Part shown: positions 1-11,439 of the stretch, in pieces
Layout of the letters: each line of letters starts with the position of its first letter
Position numbering within the stretch: the first letter of the stretch is position 1
Assembly (NCBI RefSeq): GCF_009914755.1
Contig: NC_060928.1
Origin: the human T2T-CHM13v2.0 reference genome, Homo sapiens
Length of the DNA stretch: 64,000 nucleotides
Direction: 5' to 3' (one strand)
The notes under the pieces: generated by a model
What the model saw: the letters and a program-made list of their open reading frames with translations, nothing else
Databases searched by the model: none
Told to the model about the DNA's origin: nothing
Translations under genes and position numbers: made by a program

Positions 1-815
1 AGTAGCCATTTTTTTAACTAGTAAATAAAATAAGACTATTTAGCATTTCTCTTGCGTTTCCTGTTCAAATTTACGTCTGGATAACCAGATAGTAGATAAG
101 ATACAGTTTCTCTTTACAGAAGTATTCCAGAAAATAAATTAAGCAAAAATAGTGAAATTATGTCATCATTTTACAATTTCTATTAAATTAATGGAGCTAT
201 ACATCAAGCATCAACAGCTGTTAACGTCACAAACATAGACAACAAACCCTGGTGTGCTTCCTAAAGAACGCATCCTCACCTTGTCAACCTTGGCAAATCA
301 TCATTCTTGAATGAGACTTAGTCTCTAGATTCAACTAAAAATTTACATATAACTCAGAGGACAAATGAACGTGTTAAACTATACAAGGAAATTAAGTCAG
401 TAAGACTATGACTGTGAAAAACTCACAAGACACCATCTAGGTTCTTCAATACGTACATTGCAAGCCAAAAAAATAAAAATGAGAAAGAGAGAGGGATTTT
501 ATAGATTAAAAGAAACTGATATTACATGTAACAGGCAAAAGTAAATTACAAGGAGTTTAGCAGTATGCATTTAAGTGAAAAACCTATAAGGAAAAATAAA
601 GATGTTTTACAATAGAAGTCAGTTGTGATCACCCTTGGAAAGGAAGAAAAGGATTGTGATTTTGAGGTAGTAAATGGAGGGCTTTTGTGGTATGTGGCAA
701 AATTATATCTTTAAATGGGTAATATTTTAAATGCCTTGTGGCATTTCATTACTGGTTTACATATTTCATGCAACTTTCTATATTTGCATCATCTTAATTA
801 AAAACATGTTAAAAA
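1..815 (+). mobile_element. Old L1M (L1MC-like) 3' UTR fragment
   Basis: Degenerate A-rich similarity to the L1MC 3' region as recalled (e.g. GTCTCTAGAT..., AAGTCAGTTGTGATCACCCTTGG); boundaries approximate. Confidence 0.5.
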
Positions 816-844
816 GGAGATAATTTTCTTCATCTATCTTCCTT

Positions 845-1068
845 CATGTTGGCTGTCTATAAAGAGATGTGTCTGTGACTTAAATAGCTATATGAAACCA
901 CCAGGTGTTATACCAAGCTTAGAAAAATAGCAAGATATCTGCATCCCTTATCTGCCTATGTTATGACTCCTTGAGGACAGACAGAATTACATTTATACCT
1001 TGTTAAACCACTGTTGTTATTCTATATTTTTCTAATCCTTGAAAGCAAATATAATTCTGACTAATACA
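845..1068 (+). mobile_element. MLT1-type MaLR LTR 3' part
   Basis: TTGTTAAACCACTG...TTCTGACTAATACA terminus typical of MLT1. Confidence 0.55.
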
Positions 1069-1784
1069 AACTCTCGGATGAAATTAAATAATTGAGGAAA
1101 GATTCTGGTAGTTTTTAAAATAATTTAAGTAGGAAGAGTTTAAAGTCCCTTACTGTCTTCCTGTAATGCACACATATGGGTAAGTTAAGCAATAAAGGTG
1201 ACAACTGAACATGATAGATCTCTCATCAGTGTTTTAGTAGAAAGGTCATTAGAAATACACAAAGAAAGTATACATTGTGATCAGTAGAATAGGAGGATAG
1301 GAAGAATAACACTGTATATCAGCTGAAAATACATTATTTAAAATGCATGTCCTTGAGAAGAGAAACATGGTAAAGGGCCTTTTGCTCTAGAGATAAGAAA
1401 AGATACGCAGCAATGATTATGTTCTGGACATGTACTAACATTCAGAAAATTTACATGATCAGAGATTACTAAATAAACAAATAAATATAACAATTTAGTA
1501 GAGCTAGGAAGATCTCAAAATATGTTCAATCCTAAAGTCAATGCAATCCTAATTGGTACCAATGAGAAGAGGAAATCAATATAGTTACTGCATCAAGTTC
1601 TCCAATAAGCTTTTTTTCTAAATGTTTACAGGAGATTAAAAAGAATCTCACCACCATGAACAAACAAACAAGAATTGAGCAGCCATGCAAAAAGAGGGCC
1701 AGGCAGCTAAAATAAGTATATAGTTTACTGAGGCTTACAAAATATCATGCACGGAAATATTTTTAAGAATAATAATAGCAAGCA

Positions 1785-1947
1785 GAGAGGCTGAGAGGAA
1801 CCTTTAAGAGGTGATGGATATGTGTATGGTATTGATTGTGTTGATTTCATGGGTGTATACTTATGTCTGAATTCATCAGGTTGTTATATCAAATATGTGC
1901 AGCTTTTTTATGTCAGTCACATCTCAATAAGGTGTTTTTTAAAAAAG
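1785..1947 (+). mobile_element. L1MC/L1MD 3' terminal fragment
   Basis: GGTGATGGATATGT...TATGTCAGTCACATCTCAATAAGG followed by an A-rich tail. Confidence 0.7.
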
Positions 1948-2319
1948 AAGTTCACAAGTTAATAAGAAAAAGTATTCTCCACTAGGAGAAAAATATATAG
2001 TAAGAGAGGAATCAGCAAGTAATCTAATCAAGTCATATATTACATAATGTATAATAATATAATAAAATATTAAGCATTTATTATATTTTTTCTCTATGAA
2101 AGACAATGATTTTTAAACCAGGAATTATGTGCAATCATTACTATAAAAACACTGAATCCAAAGGGCAGTAATGTGACAAAGTATGCTAAATATATATGTC
2201 TTTTCTGGAGCCAACAATATTTCATTTTATGGCAACCAAAGTACTTGTATCGTGTTCCCCTGTCTCTAATATGGGCTTACCTCAGAAGACTAATTATAGG
2301 CAAAGGGAAAGCAGGGGAT

Positions 2320-2720
2320 AAAAATAAAAGAGCTGAGGACGACATCAACAAAATGTAGATATTAGTAAGAGAGCACTAAAGAAAACTGAGAAGTAAAATT
2401 ATCTCTCTTCAGCATATGGGATACAGAATCAATTCCAATGAGTCGGGGGTCAGCATCTGAGAAAGGACAGTAGCAAGAAATTAGAGACAGGGAAGCAAAT
2501 TTTCATGAAGAAGGTGGTAATTCACACTATCAAATTCTCAAGAGTGCTCAAACAGAATAAGAGCTAAAATAAGTATTTGATTCTGTAATGAGATGTTTTA
2601 TATAAAATAAAGCACCAAACAGTAGAGGCCAAATCCAGTCTATGGTAGATTGTTTTAATAACCAAAGAGAGATTAATGTGGTTTTCAATCTCAAATAATT
2701 TTCTCAGTAAATGGAAAGAG
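2320..2720 (-). mobile_element. L2 fragment
   Basis: Degenerate purine-rich L2 motifs (CACTATCAAATTCTCAAGAG..., AGTAGAGGCCAAATCCAG). Confidence 0.5.
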
Positions 2721-3004
2721 CGATGTGTGTAAACATGAAAGAAGTTCTAATTGTTTGTGTCTGTCTGTGTGTAAAGATGTGACCATCTTTGGAGATCGAG
2801 GGTTTCAGCAAAAGGGCAGATTTACATTTACACAGCCTTGAAGAAAATATGGTCTCAATGTTTTTATATGACAAATCTATTCTCTGTTTATTGGTTTATT
2901 GTTTTAATAAGCACTTCAGATAGCTTTTTATATTTTGGTTATTACTTTAGGTGCTCAGGATATAACAAAAGAGGATAGCAGCCTGCAATTTCAATGTGGA
3001 ATGG

Positions 3005-3240
3005 GATACTTTTGTTTCTAGGTAATATGGAAAAGCAGGTACCATATTTATTTATCCTCCAGCTTATAAAAAAGAACTGGACAAAATTTATGAAACAACA
3101 GTCTGCCAAAACTTAGAAAACAATGCAGGACAAGATATGATATCTCTAAACGAATTTGTCTACATGCTCAATTGGAAGAAAGAGACTCCATGAACTACAA
3201 AAACCTAAAGAAAATGGTGCATGTGGAAAATTTACAAACT
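3005..3240 (+). mobile_element. Old L1M 5' region fragment, probably continuous with 10547-11390
   Basis: AAGAACTGGACAAAATTTATGAAACAACAG motif typical of L1M 5' ends. Confidence 0.45.
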
Positions 3241-3400
3241 CAACTCATTTTTCTTGTGTCCCTGCCTCTCCTTCCCTGTCTCTTCCTCCTCCTCCCATCT
3301 TTGCTCTGGTCCTGTGGTGTTTCTATCTTTCTGGGGAGCCAAGATTCAGTGTAGGAATAAAGTTTATGATTTTAAAAATCTGGATTTAAGAGGTTTTGCT

Positions 3401-4109
3401 CATATGAACTTAAAGTTTAGCTCTCACTTATAAGTGAGAACATGCAGTATTTGGTTTTCTGCTCATGCATTAGTTTGTTTAACATAGTGGCCTCCAGCTC
3501 CATCTATGTTGCTGCAAAGGAGATGATTTCATTCTTTTTATTGGCTGCATAGTATTCCATTGTGTTTATGTACCACAGTTTTTCAAATCCAGTCTACCAT
3601 TGAGGGGCATTTAGATTGATTCCAAGTCTTTGCTATTGTGGATACTACTACCATGAACATATATGTGCATGTGTCTTTATGGTAGAAGGTATATAATCCT
3701 TTGATTATATACCCAATAATGGGATTGCTGGGTTGAATGGTAATTCTGTTCTGAGTTATTTGAGAAATCACCAGACTGCTTTGTGCAATGGCTGAACTAA
3801 TTTACATTCCCACCAGCAGTGTATGTGTGTTACCTTTTCTCCATAATGTCACCAGCATCTGTTATTTTTTGACTTTTTAATAATAGCCATTCTGGAAATG
3901 AACAATAGAAAAAGGGGCTTACTTGAGACTGGAGGGTGGGAGGAAGGTGAGGATCAAAAAATCTACCTATTGGGTACTATGCTTATTACCTAGGTGGTAA
4001 AATAATCTATACACAAAATCCCTGGGACATGCAATTTACCTGTATAACAAATGTGCATATGTACCCTCTGAACCTAAAATAAAAGGTTAAAATGAAAGCT
4101 AACAAAAAT
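3401..4109 (+). mobile_element. L1PA15/16-like 5'-inverted insertion (3401-3894 inverted, 3895-4109 sense)
   Basis: ORF2 C-terminus/3' UTR on minus strand (ORF 3583..3771 -, ...IAKTWNQSKCPSMVDWI) joined to a sense 3' end ...CTGAACCTAAAATAAAAG; degenerate TSD AAGAGGTTTTGCT (3388-3400) / AAAAGGTTCTGCT (4110-4122). Confidence 0.88.
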
Positions 4110-4424
4110 AAAAGGTTCTGCTGCTTTACTGTACCTGCTTTGCTGAGCTCTTTTACAGTGAGAAAAAAATTATCTAAAACTAAAACAACAGGGAACCAGA
4201 CAATCAAACTTTGGTCCGCACTCTGGCAAGCATCTCCCTAGATGGGAGGGCTTTACTAAAGGGGACAACATAGAAATGACCAGAATGGGAATTTCAAACA
4301 TTAAGGCAGTCCAGGTTTGCTGGGACTCCAACTGGCTAATTATTATGCCCTGTTCTAGGGCGCATTTTAAACCGTATGGCCAAATTACATTAAGGAAAAT
4401 TCAGAGCCCAAATAGTTATTATGA

Positions 4425-4478
4425 AAAAAAGGAAAGAAGGAAATAAAGAGAAAGAAAGAAAGAAGGAAAGAAAGAAAG
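4425..4478. repeat. (GAAA)n-like simple repeat
   Basis: Read directly from sequence. Confidence 0.85.
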
Positions 4479-4885
4479 ACCCTACAACAAAAGAGTCTAA
4501 ATTATTTCACATATCTATATTTTTTCTTCCCATTTTGAATCTGCTGACTTTTCTACTAGTGTTGAGATAAAACTGACTTTTTATGATATTAGTAATTCTA
4601 AGATGCTTGGCAAAAGGAAAAAAAAAAGGTAAAAGTTCTTTTAAAATCAAGCTGCTATACAAACTGCTTTACCCATTGGGTAAATAAAGTTTAGACATGT
4701 GAAAAAGTTTCAATTTTGTCAGGAAAGTAAGCAGGATTCAACCATCTTGTTTATATATACACATGTATTATGTTGCATGTTGCATCTTCATGGTGCCAAA
4801 TTAGCTTATAAATAAAGGAGTACTCATAAATTAAGCAAATTAGCCCAGATGCTTTTCGGGTTCATGTGACTTCAGTATTCTCCCA

Positions 4886-5262
4886 TGTATCCGTCTATTC
4901 TCATGCTGCTGTGAAGAAATACCCGCGACTGGGTAATTTATAAAGGAAAGAGGTTTAATTGACTCACAGTTCTGCAGGGCTGGGGAGGCCTCAGGAAATT
5001 TACAATCATGGCAGAAGGGGAAGCAAACACATCCTTCTTCACATAACAGCAGCAAGGAGAGGTACAAGGTGAAGGGGGTGCGGGAAGCCCCTTATAAAAC
5101 CATCAGATCTCATGAGAACTCACTCACTATCATGAAAAAGCATGGAGGTAGCTGCCCCCATCATCAAATTACCTCCCAACGGGTTCCTCCCATGACAAAT
5201 GGGTATTTTGGAAACTACAATTCAAGATGAGATTTGGGTGGGGACACAGCCAAACCATATCA
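4886..5262 (-). mobile_element. THE1 (THE1C-like) solo LTR
   Basis: TGTATCCGTCT...GAGATTTGGGTGGGGACACAGCCAAACCATATCA, the reverse complement of the THE1 consensus; 377 bp. Confidence 0.92.
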
Positions 5263-8200
5263 TCTGGTAAGTAAAAATAATTTTAAAATTATTGATAAAA
5301 ATATAAATATTTTCAGAATTGTCTGGTCTGCATTCGTGTTTGTCTGTGTTTACTGGTTTTATGTTTACATTTGTTAGACATTTTAAGATGTCAGAATTTG
5401 GCGTGAAAGTTATAAAGCTATAAACCCGGTGAAAACATAATGATTTTTATTTATATAATTTTTTTATAAACAAGAGTGATTTAATATTACTGATTTAACA
5501 AAACTAATAAAATCTTCTGTGCTATTGGCAAAATGTCCATGTAATTTAAAGTTCTTGCTTGGGTGAACACCTAATATTTACAGGCTATAAAATGGTTAAC
5601 AAGGAAATAACTTAAAATATAACAAGCTTTGTCTAATATTTTAGTTTTCATAATCTATATGAATTATTAAAAATAAACTAAATAAATATAAATAAAATAA
5701 ATGTTATTAAATAAAATTTTAATGTATTTTTGAAATCTTAGAGTTATGTCAAATTAAATAAGAGATATACTTTAAATATCTGCGTCATTCCAAATTAAGA
5801 AGATTTATGTTATAGGGAAAGATGTTCCTAAAATTATAAAGTGGTTCTCATGTGTAAAATACTGTAAAATATGACAGACAATTCAAGATTTCTTGCTTCC
5901 TAGATTTTTCACTAAAATAAGGATTACTAAGCGTTAATACAGTGATTGATATATGTAACTAAAACTACTGAATAAAAGAAACAATTACATATTTGCAATG
6001 TATAAGGAAAATAGAAATATGATTTTTGCTTAAGAAAATTTGATTTTTGTCTAGTTTAGAGGTGTTTAAGGGTTATTTTAAATTAAAGAAAATTTTTTAA
6101 ATGACAGATAAACCTAAATGTATATAAAAAGTTGAGGAAAATAAAAAAACTAAGTTATGAAAGGTTTATGGAAATTTTATCCTGAGGTCAAAACTGATTG
6201 CAATTGGATAGATTTGTATATAAGGTTTTTAAAATTAGCTGTATCATTAAAAGTGCCCTAATACAAAACTAAAAATTTTGGTTAAAATAACAAGGTTTTA
6301 TCAAAGTGTTGATTTGTTCTCAGTGATATTGCAAGAAATATTGACTTTTAATTCTGAAATCTGTGTCTTTATAAAGCTTCTCAGATTTCTGCCACAGAAG
6401 TTCGACTTTTCTGGTATTTTGTTACCTATGATTTGCAGATCACATCATTGCCTTCTGTTCCTTTTCCCTTGAAAAGTACGTCTTTTTGCTTGGCTGGAAT
6501 GATAACTCTCTCTTTGAACATTTTCAGTCAGTACCTGTAATATTTTCCCCTGGTTCTAATTCTGTTTTTATGACATAATGCTAAAAAGCTTATTTTGAAA
6601 GCCTAAAAAAAGCAATGCTTTCCTCAAATGTAGCATTATTTTGTAATATATTTTTGATATGTCTAAATACTTTCAGGTAACCAAGAAATTTCCCATGCTG
6701 TCACTAAGAATCAGGTATTCCTCCTGCTTTCTGCTAAAGGTACTAGTTTTAATGCTAAAATTTCTCTATAACCTTAGATACATTCTTCTTATGTCTACTT
6801 AAATTCAGGTACACTTTTCATCAGTTTTAACTCTGGGTTATTTAAATGGGCCTTCCATAAGGGGAAGCAATCGTACCGCAGAAGGTTTTTCTTTACCTTT
6901 TTGATGACTGGCCTAAAACAAAGATTTTATGCTTTATTATGGCAATTTATACATTGTCTTCATTGGTTATTTTTATTACTTAAGAAAACTGAGCTTTAAA
7001 AGGGTTAAGGTTTTCACAACCTTGTAACTTTCTGTATTGCTTTTGAGGTCTTCTGATTATCATGCTAGTTAAATTAGTAACCATTACATAAAAATGACCT
7101 GTGATTCTGTTTTGATTAAATGTTTTGAACCTTTTGATATCTTTGGTAGGACCTAAAATTATATTGGAAATATCATCAAAGGATAAATCATACTGGATCT
7201 TCTTTTGGTTACATTTATAGGTATGTTATTCATATAAATTCTATAAAAATTATATACATTTATAAAAATATAATATCCTATCAGTCATAATTTTGACTAT
7301 ATTAAACCTTTTCTAAAGTTATATTTATATAGATATTAATATAAATATTTTAAAGATTATGTCAAATGTATGGAAGTCTGGTGGTTCTAATGTGATGATT
7401 CTGGTTTTTATCTTACTGTGCTACATATAATAGAAATAGCTAAATTTTATTGCCAATTGAAAATTTTCAACCAATTTTAACCATGGTTATTACAAGTTTC
7501 TGTCACCCACAATTCCTGGAGGGTAGGAGCTGCCACTCAGTGGCCATGTCAAGGGCACGTTGGCTCTCAGCCCCAGCCACTCTCCCATGGCCAGCACACA
7601 AGGCCACCACAGCCTGGTCCTGACGTGATACCCAAGACCGGTGGGTACGAGGGGCATCTGGTGAGTTATTGTTTAAACTTCTTCTCTAAAAGCATTTACA
7701 ATAAACTGTGATCTAAATTACTTTTCATGGAAAGGACTCTGACAAGTACTCTTAAACACAAGATTACTTTGGACATCATACCATCAGAGTAGAAAAAACT
7801 TTCAAGACTCTAAGTAAAAAGCTAAAATAAGAACTGCTAATCTAACATCAAGCAGAACAAGAGTTAATTACACAGGATTGAACTGATAGAATATGAAGAT
7901 TTTATTCATGACATTTTCATTTGAAATGGCTGATTCTCTTTATATTTTGTTTTCCAGAGTCAAGATAACCTTTTTTCTTTATTTTTAATTGACAACACAT
8001 TAGATAGAATATATTTTTGTGGACAAAAATTTGAGGTATTTATATTTCTCTCTACCTGATTTCTCCAGAATTTGGAAGCCATTTGTGAGTATTCTTAATT
8101 AATGGCAATACAATTATTTGCATAAGTTCAATAAGAATCTGTTTCCTTTTGTAACAGGATACAACTGGAGACACTGGTTATTTTACCAAGGCTTTGATTA

Positions 8201-9025
8201 GAATGGCATATTTTCAGATATGATCAGGCTGCTTTGAGAAATTGGTGCTGACTTCATAGAGCCAATGAAAAACTTAGAAAGACTGGACTGGTACCTTGTC
8301 TACAATGTTTCCTTACAGGGTTTCTGTCCTTCTGATAATTAAAGAATATCACTTTCTGACAGGCCTGGGAACCTCAAGATATTTTGGAACCTTGAGAAGA
8401 GAGAAATACACTCATTCATACAGATTTTACAGCCACAATCTGATGGATTAACCATGGCTTTACTAGACTCAAGGCTTTTAAAAATCTAAAATTTCTTATA
8501 AATAGGTTCCAACAAAGCTAATTTTAAAAAAGAAGCTTATAAGGCCAATTATTGCTGCACTTTATGCAAATAATCATGCCAGGTAGATATAAGACTAAAA
8601 CTTATTTTGCAAACAAGTCAGTCCTATGATTTGTCTCTGATAAAAATGAGAAGCTTGAGAAAGATAAATTATATTTCAACAGCAAACTATAACACACCTG
8701 TTATTGGATTCCAACACTGACCATTGTTTTTAAGTTTTTATCATTTGTTATAATCAAGACTGAATCCTGAATTTTTCCTGGCTTCAATAAGTGTCCCTAA
8801 TGAACCTGCATATAATATATTTTAAAAACTTCTTGTTATGATTTCCATCAGGAATAGGATCTATTTTTGAAGTACTACTTAAACTAGGAATTATAATTCA
8901 ATATATGTTGGAGTTTCTCTTCCATCTTGTTAAGTTCGGTACCTACTATTTGTTTCTTATTTTTAAAATCAAACTGATTATATCCTACCCAATACCAATG
9001 ACATGTTCTTTAACCTGTCTTTGTT

Positions 9026-9570
9026 ATGAGTAAACCGAAGACTTTTCCATGTTTATCAGGGACACTATGTGAACCTCCTGAATATGCATTTATTTGTCAA
9101 CATATTGACCACCCCTGGTTTTATGCATGTGTTGACAGCTGGTGCAAGAGAGTTAATTGTTTATTAGGTTATCTGACTATTCTTCTTTCTATTTATAGCT
9201 TCACTGCTTCTCAATATTGGACCAGTTTCTTAAAACTATTTTCCAGGAATAGACAAACCCTACCTGCAAACCAAGAAGACAGATTTTGGCCTATGTTTAG
9301 CAATATTCTCTTGCCATGATGGAGAGTATCCTCTCATGAACAACGATTATAAATCTGTCAATCACCCTATGTAACTTCTCAAATGAAGCAGCTAAAGCCA
9401 TAGCTGCCCAACAAAAATCTTTAAACTCTTTAGCCACAGTAGTAATGGATAACAGAATACCCCTAGACTAAGTATTGGTGGAACAGGAAAGAGTTTCTAT
9501 GGTAGCTAACATATCATGTTGTGTTTACATCAATACATCTTCTGAAGTTGAAACACACATGAAATAAGAA
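9026..9570 (+). pseudogene. env: Decayed gammaretroviral-type env (SU C-terminus and TM ectodomain)
   Basis: ORF 9026..9319 LCEPPEYAFIC...W...C.LGYL with RNRQ (decayed furin site); shifted frame gives AIAAQQKSLNSLATVVMDNRIPLD*VLVEQERVSMVANISCCVYINTSSEVET (immunosuppressive domain and broken CX6CC); stop at 9469. Confidence 0.88.
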
Positions 9571-9965
9571 GACAACAAGCTAATTAATCACAACAAATTC
9601 CCAGGGAAGAACCAGGTGCCAACTAGTTCTCAGATATATTTTTCTGAATCCCACATAGAATTCAATGTATGCCCCCAAGCCATATGAAAATTAAGACTTT
9701 ACCTATTACTAATGCTCATTTTTGGACATTTGGTTATCAAATGCTGCCTCTGATGTTAAACCTTTAAACTGTTAAAAGAGAAACCAATGTATTAATAATG
9801 CTAAATGTTAATATTGTACCAGATATTAGAGAATATCTTCAACTTAATGCAAAATGATTTCATCCTTTAGGCCCAAACCTGCACCCCTAGTCAGTAGGAA
9901 AAAGCTAGAATGGATGTTGCCCCTAATCCCTCATGACTGAAGAATGCACATAGAACACGGGGGAT

Positions 9966-10546
9966 TTAAACCATGACCCAAAGATTTAGTTAAAGAAACC
10001 AATGGCTAAAAGAAGTTATTGAGTTTGCAGGTTGGCAGATTAAAAAAAGAAGAAGAGGAAACAACAACAACAACAACAAAACAACAACAACAACAACAAA
10101 AACTTGCTGAAACACTGAAACTCCCTTTGCTTATTAACTAAAGAACACTGACTGAAATTGGTTGGACTCAATATGGCCAACTAGAGTCTGCACAGAAAGA
10201 GCTTGCTGACATTGCAACCTGAATTTTCAGTGCATGTTTCATAACAGCTCCCTCCAACTTTGTACATGTGATCCATGCGATAGAATGAAGTTAACTGTAT
10301 GCCCAGGGACTTTCTAGACCTTCTCTTTCCTTCCACCAATTATTTGATCATCTCAGAATCCACCTCCTGAAACTTTTTGTATACAAATACTGCTTTGAAG
10401 CCAGCATGGGGAGAAAAACTTGAGTTTGACGTGCCTGTCTTCTTGTGAGTCAACTTGCAAAATAAAGCTTCCCTTTCCTCAAAAACCTGATGTCATAGTA
10501 TTGTCTTCTAGCGCATGGGGCAGTGAGCCCCGTTGGCTTGATAACA
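9966..10546 (+). mobile_element. ERV1 3' LTR (MER67-like) with internal (CAA)n at ~10061-10100
   Basis: Follows purine tract ACACGGGGGA; AATAAA at ~10461; ends ...GTCATAGTATTG...GGGCAGTGAGCCCC...GATAACA. Confidence 0.75.
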
Positions 10547-11390
10547 CTTCTATCACCTAGAATGGAAACACAGGTAGTTCGAGGGGCATAGAGTAGAGAA
10601 AACAGAGAATCATTGACTAAGTAATGGTACCAAAAGTATTTTCAGACTGAGGACTGTTGTGGCCCACGTAGTAAATATGAAAGCACTAATTAGTAGCTGA
10701 GGACAATAAAACAGTTATTATAACTGTTTTTATCATGTTCATGAATCTAGAGGATATAGTTTGCACAAAAGTCGAAGTATATTTTTCTAAAAAGCCAAAT
10801 CAAATTTTCAGACCTTAAAACTACAATGCTGAGAAAATATACCAGATGAGATTCATGGCAGATAATGCATAGGTTATAAAGGCATCCAAAATCCTAAGAA
10901 ATGGAAGTAGAAACTACCCAAAATGAAACAAAATATGAAATAACAAAATAAAAAATAAAGCATAAGTGAGCAGTGAGACAGCCTCAAGGGGCCTAAAATA
11001 TAAATAATTGGAGTCCCCAAAGCAAAAAAGAGAAATAGGTACATTAAAATAAATTTTGAAAATTTATTGCTAAAAATATATCACATTTGATGACAGCTAT
11101 AGCCTCACAGACACAAGAATTTCAATGAAACCGAAAACAATATACAGAAGAAAATGATACAAAGGCACAGCATAATAGGTTGCTCAGAAATCAATGACAA
11201 ATCATAAACGAGGTCATAGAAAAATGCACATTAAGTATAGGGAACAAAGAAAATTAAAACTGCTGACTTCATATCAAGGCAAATGACAGTAGAGAAACTT
11301 CTCTAAAGTAATGAAATAAAAACTGTCAACCTAAAATTCCATACCATTAAAAAATCCTTTCAAATATGAAGGCAAAATTATTTCAGACAC
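10547..11390 (+). mobile_element. Old L1M 5' UTR/ORF1 remnant
   Basis: ORF1-like motifs ATAATTGGAGTCCCCAAAG, CTGTCAACCTAAAATTCCATACC, CCTTTCAAATATGAAGGC. Confidence 0.75.
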
Positions 11391-11394
11391 AACC

Positions 11395-11439
11395 TCTTTT
11401 TGTGGTACTCTGTTATGGCAGCCCTCACAATATAATAGA
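11395..11439 (+). mobile_element. MLT1/MST LTR 3' terminal scrap
   Basis: TGTGGTACTCTGTTATGGCAGCCC. Confidence 0.55.

Larger units (their letters stand above)
3245..9965 (+). mobile_element. MER4-group ERV1 internal region (non-autonomous), interrupted by L1PA, THE1 and a GC-rich insert; no 5' LTR visible
   Basis: MER4-group internal motifs (ATGGGAATTTCAAAC...GGGACTCCAACTGGC; ACTGGAGACACTGGTTATTTTACCAAGGCTTTG), env remnant at 9026-9570, purine tract before the 3' LTR. Confidence 0.8.
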
